From NCBI RefSeq assembly GCF_031769215.1, contig NW_026782198.1, positions 1-64,000 of the forward strand: a DNA stretch of 64,000 bases, in the 5' to 3' direction. Of the stretch, positions 13,988-26,936 are shown piece by piece; the stretch's first letter is position 1; each line of letters starts with the position of its first letter. Source of the stretch: Ylistrum balloti. Taxonomy: Eukaryota. The position numbers and the translations under genes were made by a program. The notes under the pieces are model-generated. The model worked only from the letters and a program-made list of their open reading frames with translations, was not told where the DNA came from and ran no database searches.

Positions 13988-16900
13988 TTACGTTGATAAT
14001 GAATTAAGGATGCTGTTTGAACTGGCCTGGTGGTCCAATCCTCCTTCGCCATTGCTGGTTATGTGTGCCAGAGATGTGGGATTCACCAGTTGCTGTCCAA
14101 GCTGCTGACCAAGTGAAATATTCGTCATCACATTGCCTAGATTTGCAGAGAGAGTTTGTGGAAGTAGCGTGGATGAGATCTGAGATAAAGAGTTTGACAC
14201 ATTATTGGGCTGTGGAGCTATGGCCACTGGTGTTCGGCTCCTGACTGGTGTGCTTATATTATCGTTCGCAACATGACCATTATCAATTCCTGGTATCTCC
14301 ATTTCACCTTTCGCACCTTTGACGAACACGCCGCCTAACCCTCGCTGTCTGTTTAATGCATGCCTATGACGAGATTCATATAAGTATTTCTGCAAAATAA
14401 AACAAATGCAATGTGTTGATGAACTCTTCCCTTTTCCTTATTGCAGATTTGTGGTATTTCCTAAATATATATGTGTAAAGCGGCACAGCAAAATCTCAAT
14501 ATGGACTATACTACAGTAATTAAGTACTGAAACCATGTATAGACTATGCTAAAGTATAGCTATTTAGAGATGTCCTACAAAGTTCTGATTGATGAATATA
14601 CAAGAGCATATTTCCTTTTTCGGCAAAGGCATGAAAAAAATCACAATTAGCTGTACACACACAATTTCAGTTCCTGGGAATATTTGGTGAATTCACCATC
14701 ACACAGGAAATACCAGATACATGCTATGTGTAAAGCAGCAATACCTGTCGTTCCTTTGGAATCTTGCCAAGTGCTTCGAGCTTTGCCCTTGCCTGGCGTC
14801 GTTTTAGAATTCTGTGATACTGTTTAGCATTGACATAGAGGGGCTCTTCACCTGAGTCATTGCCAGCCTGAAAATAATGAGAAACACAATTTGTAGATAC
14901 AATATAATCTAAGTTCCTTTCCTGTTGCTCAGAGAGTATTGCCAATACAGAGAATTGTACATCAGTGCCCATTTCATACTAAATTTCTTACTCAAATCAA
15001 TAATATACAAAATGATACTGACACAAAAACAAGTGGCCCATGGGCCTTAATGTTCATCTGACTATAAAGACCTGTATATGAAAGAGACCAAATAGGCCTA
15101 AATTGCTACTCTACAGCTTACATAGAAGACATTGTTTGTTCAATAAACATTTCTGCAAATTTGAAATCCTATACCTTATAGATGCCACTATACAAATACC
15201 TCAACTCTGACTTATTGCTTGTTGAAAAAGAAATTTGAAGATCTCAACTTAAGTTACCCCAGACACATTGAAAGTTGGTCAAAGTCGAACATTTGAATAA
15301 ATCTGTAACCTTTTAAAAGAGACAAGATCATCAGAAGATCAGACTTGGTAATATTTATCCTGGCATGCCACAGGCTGAATATCAACACACAAGAACTTTT
15401 GTTTATTCAGAAGACATTGTTGAAATATCTATACATATTTAACCGTAAATGGTCGAGGTAATTCACTTTAACAAACTTGGTAGTGCTTTATCCCAGAATG
15501 CTACAGCCCCAATATCAGCACCCTTGACATTTTGGTTTTGAAAAAGTCATTTGAATGGATAGTTTATGCATGGATCACAGTGGCACACAACAATAAACAA
15601 AACATGATGGCTTTGGTCACCCTGACTCTTTGGGTCAGATGACCTAAAAAGCTTCAATTCTACAATTTCCACATCATCCAGTAAATAATTTTGACATAAT
15701 CTGCACATTTTGCAATGCTGAGTGGATCATGTGGCATTATTTACATGGTATATCAACATGCGTCTCATGATATCTAATCTATTACATAATTCTAAAATTC
15801 TGATGAGATTTGGAGATTTTTACTAATAACTTCACTAAAAGCATCATAAAGAGCTACAAACCCCATTCATATTCTTCAAAAGTGTGAAAAATAACCAACA
15901 ATCAAGACAGTTTTATCCACACACTGATACTTGTACCAGACTGTGAAATATAACCCAAGCCACAATCAAAGCTGTGAACACTTACCACCGGAAGCTGTTG
16001 ACCTCCTGCCTGCTGTGTGGGTAAGTTTATCACTTGAATACCTGCAACAAAGCATTGTAATAACAGAATTCAGGACTAGAAATAATTATTTCTGGTCAAT
16101 GAAAAGTGCAGATGTTAAGATAATTTCATAACTTATCTTTTGTAAGATAACATTTTGCTTTGCAAAAACACTCTCCATCTCTATGCTAATTAAATGAGAT
16201 ACATGTATCATAAAGTATTAACATGAAGGGGCCATCACGTTGAAGTATTTTTTTCTCTCCTTATTGTATAATTTTAAATAGAAATTAACCAAACAATTAA
16301 TCCTCAAAACATGAGATTAACAACATGTATTACTGGACTTTCCATAACCACAACAGCTTGAAAGGAACTGACTAAGTATGAAAGAGCTTAATATCATAAA
16401 CAATATGGTAACACAACAGAAACAGTCCGAAACAAAAACAAAACAAAAAAAACAGTCACTACAGAGTGAAAAGTTGTCAGATAGTGCAAGTATACTTTGA
16501 GGATCACAATAGGATAATCAATAGAAATATTCCAGTGAAACAACTGCTGCAGGAATGAGGAAACCCCAACAGCCGGAGTAAATCAAAGGTGAAAAGTTTT
16601 AAGATGTGGCCCCAAAAGGCAATAAGGTTTGGTTGTTATACACTATTTTCACAATCTTTAGAAAATAAAATTTTACAGTAAACATGTGTTTATAGTTATT
16701 ATCAGTGCAGTTGACGAAAATTACTTCTTTCGTTGCACTGCCTCTTTTTGGAATTGGCTATGAGCTATCTATATTATCAGTGCTACATTTGGAGGAATTT
16801 CCCAGATAATCTCAGCAGTTAAACTGGACATTCATGATGGACTCTTGAATTTGGATACAGTATCTAAAGGTAATTAGGCATATAAACAACAATAATTTTG

Positions 16901-18041
16901 AACTGTGATGTCCCTTTCAGTGAAAATCATACAACAAACTTAAAATATATTTGTACAAGCGAAACAGTTATCTTACTTTCTTATAAGTCTAATATCCTTT
17001 CAGGGCATGCGCAATATATGTGGTGAAAAATATAATCAATTTTTTAAAATGTTTCTTAACTGTTCAACATATATTGAGATAAATGAGTAATTCAGGTTGT
17101 ATAAAAAGTTTCTTAATCCTGAGCGGTGAAAACATATTGATAACTTATATATGAAATGAAAAAAAAAAACCTCCAACATACCCTGAGGCAGCTGCACAGG
17201 TTTATTGTTTGCATCCACCAAAACAAATGATGTCTGTCCATTGATGGTGACTTGGTTTAAAAACAACATTTGTGGGACCCCCATGTTGTTCAGGGCTGTG
17301 GTTCCTGTGCCAACTGGTGTGCCTACAGGCTGTGGTGCCTGGATAATGTTGGCTGGCTGCTGCACCACATTTTGTACCACAGTATTGGTGTTGGCAATAA
17401 TCTGTGAAGCAGGTGTGGGAACAGGGGTGTTGGCAAGGGTTGTGTAGATAGACTGAGGCTCTGATGCCTGTAACAATAAGTCAAACATAATACTCATACC
17501 ATCTGGAAATTTTATGTGTTTTCTTTGTGAATCTGGAATCAACAAAACTTCTCAAGTAAATATGTAATGTGACACATTTCAGTGGCCATTATGACAAAGA
17601 ACATCTATCTATCATTATCTTATCCAATAATAGTATTAGTATGGTGTTTTTTCTCCTTCCTAAATGAGCGGTAAATACTACAGTCACTGGGGATTTTTGC
17701 GAACAACTTCTTGATTTTTTTTTCATCATTTTGGTAAAATCCACATTTTTGAATTTATTAAAATGGCCTTTTATCATCCTACTATTAAAACATGGCAAAG
17801 ATTACCACATATCTATGTTTTTACATTCTAAGCTAATTAGGAACTAAGTTAATATATGTACCTGAACAACCTCTGCACCCTGTGGTATGTGTGACACATG
17901 TACCCCATCCTGTGTTATGTATTGGATGCCCTGTGTTTGTCCATCATCACCACCAGCACCAGAGGGTGCTACTGTCACCGTTAAAGGCTGGTTTGTATCT
18001 GTATCGAATACAGTGAATGTGTTCTGGTCTCCGTCAGACAT
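13988..18041 (-). CDS. NFYA: Nuclear transcription factor Y subunit alpha (CCAAT-binding), about 348 aa
   Basis: Minus-strand exons 18041-17862, 17467-17182, 16041-15986, 14867-14745, 14389-13988 join in frame (1047 nt). HAP2/NF-YA core EEPLYVNAKQYHRILKRRQARAKLE...KYLYESRHRHALNRQRGLGG; Q/V/T-rich N-terminus. Confidence 0.95.
15025..15650 (-). mobile_element. HINE-like element, family 2, in NF-YA intron
   Basis: Minus strand: 5' TTTTTAGGTCATCTGACCCAAAGAGTCAGGGTGACC (internal inverted repeat); 3' CAGATGAacattaAGGCCCATGGGCCacttgTTTT (sub-TIR + palindrome). Ends resemble 54102-54731. Confidence 0.6.
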
Positions 18042-18141
18042 CTTCAACCTGAAAGCTATAAATTCTGATATTTTGAAAACTTTCAAACCTGAGTATCTAT
18101 ATCTATACACATGATAAAAACAAGAGTGTGTGAACAGTCTT

Positions 18142-18229
18142 GGCACTGTGTGCGAAACGTCGTGGTGCGAATGATACTAGGGGCGAAACGACTTTATGCG
18201 AACCTTGTTAGGTGAAACGTCAGGATACC
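18142..18229. repeat. Short degenerate ~15-bp tandem repeat (GCGAAACG core x5), probably a MITE remnant
   Basis: GCGAA/GTGAA cores at about 18152, 18167, 18183, 18198 and 18212, in the NF-YA 5'-UTR intron. Confidence 0.45.
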
Positions 18230-18623
18230 ATAAAGAGAGTACACACCCATTTGTCATTGTGAGCATCATATATACCTTTACATAAACAACAATATCAATA
18301 CACAGCAGTTCTTTAAATAAACATTCACGCTATAAGTATCTAAATGCTTCGGCGAATGTTGTCTTCTAATGTTTATGTAATCAATCAAGCATGCATACAT
18401 TTACTGTATATATTGATGTGAGTAAGGGAGAAGGTCAATTTCCTTCAGTGGATGCCTTGTATTTCATCTGTTCATGGTCAACTTCAAATCAGGATGTTTT
18501 CAACAAGTTTGTCGGGGACAAATCAAAGAACTGCCGTATTATCTACAACTATCATATTGAAAATAACATGTGATTATGACTTAGTTTTGACACTATCGAA
18601 ATAGGGTCGAGTTCGTAACTTAC

Positions 18624-19076
18624 TAACGTCAGTTCAGAGGCGTTGCATATCAATGTGACAGTACTCTTTGTAAATGAGAAATGGCGCTGAAGATTAGCGC
18701 ACAGAAAGTAGTGACGACAGAGGTCCTGTTGTACTAAGTGTTTTGAAGACTGAGATCAATTATGAGCACTAAATTTAAAGTTTGGTACGGCGAAGGCGAT
18801 TTCCGATTAACAAAAATATGTTGAAATTAATAAAAATATATCTTATATTTCACTTTCATATACAATAGTTCATATTAAGACACATTTTCTTACAAAAATA
18901 TATACATTGTGAGAAACCCGCGTATAAAGTATAAGACGATGATTCGATCCGGATATTTAATCAGGCACGTCTCTGTATTTATTATATGCCCAAACGTTAA
19001 CGTAACGTTGATTGAAATCTGAAATTCGGCTTTGTTTTGATTGTTAAAGCTAATATTTCAATCCATATAAATCAAC
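18624..19076. promoter_or_regulatory. Putative bidirectional promoter / 5' ends of NF-YA (-) and SNRPG (+)
   Basis: Minus-strand donor GTAAGT at 18618-18623 marks a non-coding NF-YA first exon; SNRPG ATG is at 19077. The interval is CpG-richer, with a YY1-like AAATGGCG at about 18679. Confidence 0.55.
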
Positions 19077-20642
19077 ATGAGTAAGGCCCATCCACCAGAG
19101 CTCAAGAAGTAAGTTTGCTAAAATGAATATTTAGATTCATCTCAAACCTATATATTAGTCCCACGCTAGATGTTGCATTGGAAACCTGCGTCCGAAATGA
19201 GTATGTTTTTACCGTTTTAAACGTTGTGATTGCGTACGTTGATGTACGCTTATCTTTTCTATAATTCACTCCTTATTTTATATAGAACGTTTCCACTTCA
19301 TGGAAGTTTCAAGTCGCAAGAGAAAGTTACTCTTTGGGCCAAGCAGGTTTGGGACATTCCCATATATACGTAATGGTCAAGCATTTCAGTGACGGTTATT
19401 GCCTACTCAAATGCAGGATATATTAAAATAGAAACACGGAGTTCTTTTAAAAGATGCAACAAAAGGGCTTCATATTTTAAAAAATGATTAATAAACGACA
19501 ACATCATTGTAAAATTTAACTCGAAAAGAGAATTCAGTTTGGATATTTGTAAAAATCACATTTGATCGTCTCCATTGGATAAGAAAAAACAAGTGAATTC
19601 ATGCTCATTAATATATTTGCATTAAATACTCCCAATGGCTATGCACTTTAGTTATACATACCAATGTCTCGCCAGCAATAACAATCAAATATTAATTTTG
19701 CAGGTACATGGAGAAGAAACTGACATGTAAGTAGCCATCTTCATACACTCAACAATTGGAGCAACTTATTTTGGTATATCATCTATTCACTTGCCATAAA
19801 TTTTGAAAGTCTTTTAATTTGCTATGTTCGTTGCACTCGATGCACTTTTGTTTTAGTGGTTTACCTGTGCTACATTACATTGCATGCTTTTGTGAAAAGT
19901 TGATGGAAACTCCATGTATTCCAACTTCTAAAGATACATTTCTTGTTTTGTTTGCAGTGAAGCTCAATGGAGGGAGACAAATCACAGGAATTCTTCGAGG
20001 ATTTGACCCATTTATGAATTTGGTAGTAGACGAAAGTATTGAAGATTGCAAATCTGGAGAAAAAAATTCCATTGGAATGGTGGTAAGATAGAAATTAAAA
20101 CTTACTCTCAAATGATAGATTTTAAATGTAATTTCATCTCTTACTTGAAAGAATTTGATAATAACTTCTTGAATTTCTGAATTTAGTTTACAAGATATTT
20201 GCCATTAACAGCCTTGCATGACTTTGGACGGTATGTAGGCTGTGTTAGCATCTTTATGGAGCCATCAATATACATCACGAACTGAAAGTTTTCAAACTGT
20301 TTTAAAAGACAACTTTGCATATAAAAATATTGAGATTGAGAGAGTGACATGGTTTGTAAAGAGAATTTTGGAATCAGTGATTCATACACAAAAGTCCCAA
20401 AAATTGGCTGGCAAAGAGATTATTAATGTATATATCTTACTTTTTGAAATCTAGACAAGTATGTACGAGAAGGAAAAAAGTTTGTGAAGTTTTGCTTCTT
20501 GTGCCGAGTAACAAGGTCATTTTTATGACATCCTTCAAATTATTGTCCAGAGATTTTCAGTATTCCTAAGAAATGATTTTCTTTCCTGAAGGTTGTCCGA
20601 GGGAATAGCATCATCTTACTGGAAGCATTGGATCGTGTATGA
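19077..20642 (+). CDS. SNRPG: Small nuclear ribonucleoprotein G (SmG), 76 aa
   Basis: Exons 19077-19108, 19704-19726, 19958-20082, 20592-20642 (231 nt) give [76 protein letters not shown]. Confidence 0.98.
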
Positions 20643-21798
20643 CAGTTTCATTTGGCAGCTCAGTGTGAAAAACAGTTGAGGAAGAATGTCTGCAGTGTGG
20701 AAAGGAGAATGACAGATGTGTAGGAACAGAAGGAATGATGAACACAAGGGAAAACATGGGGAAAGTTGCAAGCAAACAAAATCATGAGACATGTTTACAT
20801 TCATTTCATTTGTTTGTCAACAATTTTGACAGGTTTTCATTTCATTAGTGTCATCATGTTTCAATTGTCTTTGGCTTTGGATAAACCATAGTAGATGAAC
20901 AAATGAAATACTCCAGTATATTTATTTTTGTAGATTTTATGCTTCTTTCCTTGTGAAAGAAATACATCCATATGAAAATAATGTGTTGGATTATTTCTCA
21001 GTTTGACAAGCTTTACATTCATCAAGCCAGAATGGATAATTCATATTGTTTTCTTTATTGTGTACTAGTGATTGTTAATTTTAATAAATGGATGTGTGAA
21101 CTTATATTTTTGAATTTTTACTTTCATGCATCACTGATTTGGATTGTCAGTCCTTTGTATGTTTACAGAAATTGTTGAATTTTTTACCCCAAATTGTTAC
21201 AACTTAACTCTGTATTGCTTCAAAATTTTAAATATTAAAGCTTGAACAAATTCATTGAAAAGAATGGCTTAAAGGAATATTATATGCTCTTGGCCGAAAG
21301 TTAGGAATCATTTATTTCAGTTCAAAAATTAAGATCAAAACTGATTTTTTTCTTCTGTTAGAAAAAAAACTTTTTGAACTCTTCCAGCATCTTTTTAGCC
21401 CACCATTATCAGGTGGCCCATTTGATTTTGGGTCTGATAAAAAAACTAAAAATGGCTGACAGACGGCTGTCTTGGATTTTGACTTTGAAAGATTGTTATT
21501 GCTATTTCTTGAGAAGTACATGATGGATCGCTATCAATATCCATATGTAGGTGCTCCTTGGTCCTTAGTTGTACCTATGTAATTTTGGGACTGTTCAGAA
21601 AAACAAAATGGCAAAAAGATGGCCATCTTGTATTTTTACTTTTGAAACTTTATCACTGTTTCTTGATATGTACGGAATGGATCTTAAAATGCATATGAAT
21701 GTTCCCCTTGGTCCCTCATGCAGATTTGATTTTGGGTCTGTTATAAAAGCAAAATGGCTGACAGGAAGCCATCTTTGATTTTGACTATGAACTAGATA

Positions 21799-23495
21799 AT
21801 GGCCGCCATAGAGGGTGACGCGGAACATCGCCTCCGAAAAGGAACTCGTAATGTGTGTACCAGTAGCCAGAGTTGCTATGGTGATCTGAGATCAGCTATG
21901 ATGCAAGATGATGTTAGTGACTTTCAGCATGATTTTGAAGGAAATAGTGAAGAAACATTCGTAAAAGAGCCTGTAAGTGTTCAAAATGTCACGGGTGACT
22001 GTGATCCTATGTATCCCTCCACCTATGATGTCCCTGTCGATTTGGTTCATTGTGTTCCACAGGCCCATTCCCCTGTATTACCCCAGTCATCAAACCATAA
22101 TCGGTCACATAATCAAGAGTTAATCGATTATATAGACAGTAAAGTTATCAATCTCGCAAGAGATGAATATGTGAAGAAAATTACCGAGATATGTGAGCAA
22201 TCAGAGGGGACTGTGATCTGGTATAGAAACATTTTACTTGGCCGAGCGATGAACATTTCAGAATGTCCAAAAGGAAAGCCTGTCGTCAGGAAAACTACGT
22301 CTGCAAGCCCGAGTTATATAAAATATGCTAAAGACTGCTATGTTATTCAAGCCTTTATTTCTGGTGATAATTCCGAGATAGACTCTGTATTCAGTAAAGG
22401 TAGAGCTACTGGTGTGGGGGCTCTCGATGGGACAATTCCGGGTAGTCAATTCTCTGGTTCACATCTTCGTGAAAGTACTCAGTCTGAGCTCTCACAGGGG
22501 ATATTACGTCACCATATCCAAGATGTTGGTACTGCAATTGAAAACAATAGTATAGTTCATTCCATCTGTGAACGACTGAAAGCAGTAGAAAACGCACTGA
22601 AAGACAGTCAAGTAAGAGAGTGTCGAATGCTCAAATTAATGGAGGAAATGAAAACGGACAATAAACATCTTGCTGATACTGTCATAGAATTACGAAATGC
22701 ACTTTCATGTCTTACAATTAAAACTGGAACAATCCCGAAGTCATATTCGGACGTTTTGCGGGGCGACAGTGGAGGTATAACTCCTGCACGGAACCCCACC
22801 GTACCACTGGCTCAAATTCCTAACGGGACCGTCTCACCTGGCGAAGGTGTGAGCGATACTACCTTACCTGTCACCAGTCAACAAGGACCCTACGGAAGCC
22901 CTCCGAACCGACAACACCGCCGTCGAGGATTAAACCTACGCCAGTTGGTAACGATGGGCCACTTATAAGCGCTAATCAACCAGGTACGACAAGGTCAACA
23001 AAAACAAATAGAAACAATGCATCGACAGTGAAATTAAATCACGACGCCAAAGAGGACAATGACGTGTTTATTGGTGTTCATCGTAAACAAACAGCGCGTT
23101 ACTATTTAAGTGGAATCGGATCTGAAAGTACCAAAAACGGTATTCTCAAATTCATTCGAAACAAAGGAGTAAAAGTTACTGACTTACGAATGTTCGAACA
23201 GCGTAACGGTTCCTTTACAGCAAAGGTCAATGTTTCCGCAGCCCATGCGTACTTGGTAGAGATTCCAGATTTCTGGCCCAACAGTGTAACTTGCAGACCT
23301 TGGCTCAGCAGCAAAGAATGGCAAGAAAAGCTAGACGAGCGTAAAAACTCCGATCGCGATTCGTCTTGGAAATCACGTAATGACTTCAGTAATCCGAACA
23401 CAGATGATTACGAATGGCGTAATGACAATGGAGACTATTACAGCAATTACGACCGTGATTCCGAAAATTACTGGCGCTACAACGACCGTCATTAG
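21799..23495 (+). CDS. LINE ORF1, split by one -1 frameshift near 22860-22968
   Basis: 389-aa ORF (coiled-coil-like middle) overlaps an open -1 frame that continues into 23028-23495 with an RRM-like ORF1 end (ARYYLSGI...AKVNV...PDFWPNSVTCRPW). Confidence 0.75.
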
Positions 23496-23523
23496 TGAAA
23501 CACATCCATATTGATAAAACAGA

Positions 23524-26500
23524 ATGTTACAAACAGCGTTATATTTATACCTAATGGCATTCTCCATACTTACATGGAATGTTCGAGGAGCGTTTTCATC
23601 AGCAAAAGGTTTGTCTACGCTATTAAAGCAATCGAACTGTGACATCGCCGTTATAACCGAACATAAACTGAGTCATAAATCACTACCTTTCTTGGACACG
23701 ATAAACTCTGATTATTACGCAATTAACGCCAATACTGTCGAATGTTCTAGTAATGGTACTGGTGTTTCGCTTTTGGTGAAAAAGTCGCTACGATATTGCA
23801 TTTCTTCCTTAGAAGAAGTTACTAATAATCGTATTGCTGCTATAAAAATGACAACAGTTTCCGAGCAATCCGTTTACTTTTTTGGAGTATATATGCAAAG
23901 TGATAATGACATTAAAGAGTATAGAGACACTCTGCAGTATCTATATGACATACTTACCTTCTACTCACTAAGAGGAAAAGTTGTAATAGCTGGTGACTTT
24001 AATGCGCGTATTTTAGATAATCCCCAATATTACGCGGCGAAACAGAAAGTCAGTGCATTGAACGACCTTATAAACGATTTGAACTTGTGTGTCGTAAATA
24101 CACTGCCGATTTGCAAAGGGCCAAAGTATACGTTTAGACCTTGCAAAACTACTTTAGATTATATTCTTGTTGATGATAGTACACTTAGCAATATATCCCA
24201 TAGTAATATCACAGACAGTGCCGATATTGAGATCGCTTCGGATCACCTTCCAATCGTTTGTGGGTTTGATTTCAGCGCTCCAAATCACAAAATACAACCG
24301 AAAGATAACGTGGACCATATTGCGTGGAGCAAAGCTACCGTTGATCATCTGATTTCATATCAGCTAACCTTGGCGTATAAGCTACGTAATATTCATGAAT
24401 ATGACATGTCGACACAGTTTGGTATCGATGCATTATATGAACAGTTAACCTTATGCATGGCAATATCAGCTGATGAAACTATCCCTAAACGACGTTTTAG
24501 GGAGTATCTTAAACCGTATTGGACAGGAGAGCTTGAAAGTGCTCACAATGCAGCACTGAGGTACCGTCAGGTATGGATTAATGAAAACAGACCTCGTGGG
24601 CTACAATATGATTCATACAGGAACTATAAAAACGCAAAGAACGTCTTTCGGAACCTACATAGAGAAACACACGATAAATATTTAGATCAAGTTAATAGCG
24701 AGCTAGACGAGACAGCGGATGTGGATGCTAGATTATTCTGGAGAATTGTGCGGAAGCGTAAAAACAAAACACTCGATGCTTGCACGGAACTAGTCTACGA
24801 GGGAACACTTGCCCGTGACCCCCAAAGCATAGTCGAAACGTTTGCGGACTTTTACGAAAAATTATATGCAGATAACACGATCATCGATGACTGTAATTTG
24901 CAATTCGCAGTAAAGGACGATCTTGATAGCAAGTTCACTTTTGAAGAAATCGTATCAGCTGTCAGGCAGATGAAACTTGGAAAAGCTCCTGGAGCAGATA
25001 TGATATCAAACGAACACGTTCGCTTTGGAGGAAAAGCCCTCATCGAAGTTATCCAAAAACTAATGAACTCCATCCGAACCACAGGATATATTCCAAAAAC
25101 GTGGAAACGAGGAATCCTTGTTCCTATTCATAAAGGAGGCTTTAAGAAAAAGAATGACCCTAACAACTATAGACCGATTTCCTTGCTACCGGTACTCTAC
25201 AAACTTATGGAAAGAGTGATTTGCAAACGAGTATCACGCTGGCTTCATGATTCCCACGTTGAATTTCCTTCTGCTCAACAACAGGGTTTTCAGAAAGGTT
25301 TAAGCTGTATAACTACAGCATTTAGTCTGCGCGAGTGTATATATGAGAATTTAGAACAGAACAGCAAAGTCTATGTAGCATTCTTAGATACATATAAAGC
25401 TTTTGACACGGTGCAACACAACAGTATATTCAGTAAGCTTTACAAGATTGGAGTCACTGGAAATTTGTACAGAATATTGCGTAACGCATATCAGGACATA
25501 TACAGCGCGGTAGTTTACAATCGTGCCCGATCTCGTTGGTTCAAGGTCCAAAGATCAGTCAGACAAGGTGGAATCATCTCGACATTTCTATACTTGCTGC
25601 ATATTAATGATATGCTAATTGAATTGGAGACTACTAACGTTGGCACGAAAGTACAATCCATTGAATGTGGCAATCCATGTTTAGCTGATGACGTTGCCCT
25701 TGTTACTACTAGCCCTAGGGCCTTACAAACTCTGCTAGGTGTCACACAAAGGTATGCTGAAAAATGGAAATTTCAGTTTAATGCATCAAAATGCAACATA
25801 GTAGCTTTTCGAAGTACATGCAGAAATCTGAATTGGATGATTAATAGCAACCCACTTCGTATAGTCGATAAGGAGGTACACTTAGGAGTACTTCTGTCCT
25901 CCAACCTGAAAAACGCCGACGCCGTTGACAACGCTTGTAAGAAAGGCCGTAACATGTTACACTCAATCACACGCATGGGAACTGACTGTACTTATACGAA
26001 ACCGCTTACTCTTATTAGCATCTACAGGAAAGTTATACTTCCGTCGATGTTATATGGATGCGAATTATGGAATAATCTAACTAAATGCGATATCCGAAAG
26101 CTCGAAACTTTCCAACACTATGCAGTAAAGCATATACTTAATCTACGGACATCCACTCGATCGGATATGTGCGAAAGTATAGTCGGACTACACAGGATCC
26201 AGTGTGAAATTGAGAAAAGAAAAATGTACTTCTTACGTTGTATTGTTGATTGTTCACCAAACAGCATTCCAAAAAGTATTTTTATTCGTAGAGTTCTTAA
26301 ATATATAGATGGACCGAAATCAAAGCAAATGGGGTTTATCCCTGATATCCTAGCAATCTTAACCAAATATGAATTATTAGAATGGATACAGTATTATATC
26401 CTATGCGCAGATTCCCGTCCAAGGCTCAATGGAAACTTTTAGTTAAAGGAGCTATTCAAATACGCGAAGATCGCTTATTGATCGAGAGAATGAACAGTGA

Positions 26501-26936
26501 TGACGAATTCGTTCGATATCGATCTGTCCACTCTACCTATAATAAGCCGTATGTCATGCTCAAAACACCGGACATCGACAAAAGGACAGTCTTTTATATT
26601 TGTAAAATGCTAACGTGTGTTCCTGTAGAACAGTACAATACATGTAGGTTGTGTAACAATCCGTTTTACGACACAATAAGACATTTTGTCACAGAATGTA
26701 CAAGTACATTTATTTTGAGAGACACATTCATGACAAAAGTGGTGGATTATTACGGTGTACAACCATATTTGATCATGTCCAGCCTTGCAGAAGAACTCCT
26801 GCTCCAGACAGTATTTAGAGGGAACATTTCGGGATTTGAATTTGAAAGTAATTCTATAACAGAGGAATTTACAAAGGACTGTGCCTATCTACTGCATAAA
26901 ACAGCGGAAATCTATTTCCATGCTGGTGAACTGTGA
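23524..26936 (+). CDS. LINE ORF2: AP endonuclease + reverse transcriptase + C-terminal CCHC, one -1 frameshift near 26390-26420
   Basis: APE motifs TWNVRG, ITEH, GDFNA, LDYIL, SDHLPI. RT motifs KAPGAD, NYRPISLL, QQGF, DTYKAFD, VRQGG, LADD. The tail frame 26382-26936 has FPSKAQWK and CRLC..DTIRHFVTEC. Confidence 0.9.

Noticed and set aside
16490-16560. Strong NAGNAG acceptor in an NF-YA intron as a poison exon
   Set aside because: No convincing downstream donor; not supportable without transcript data.
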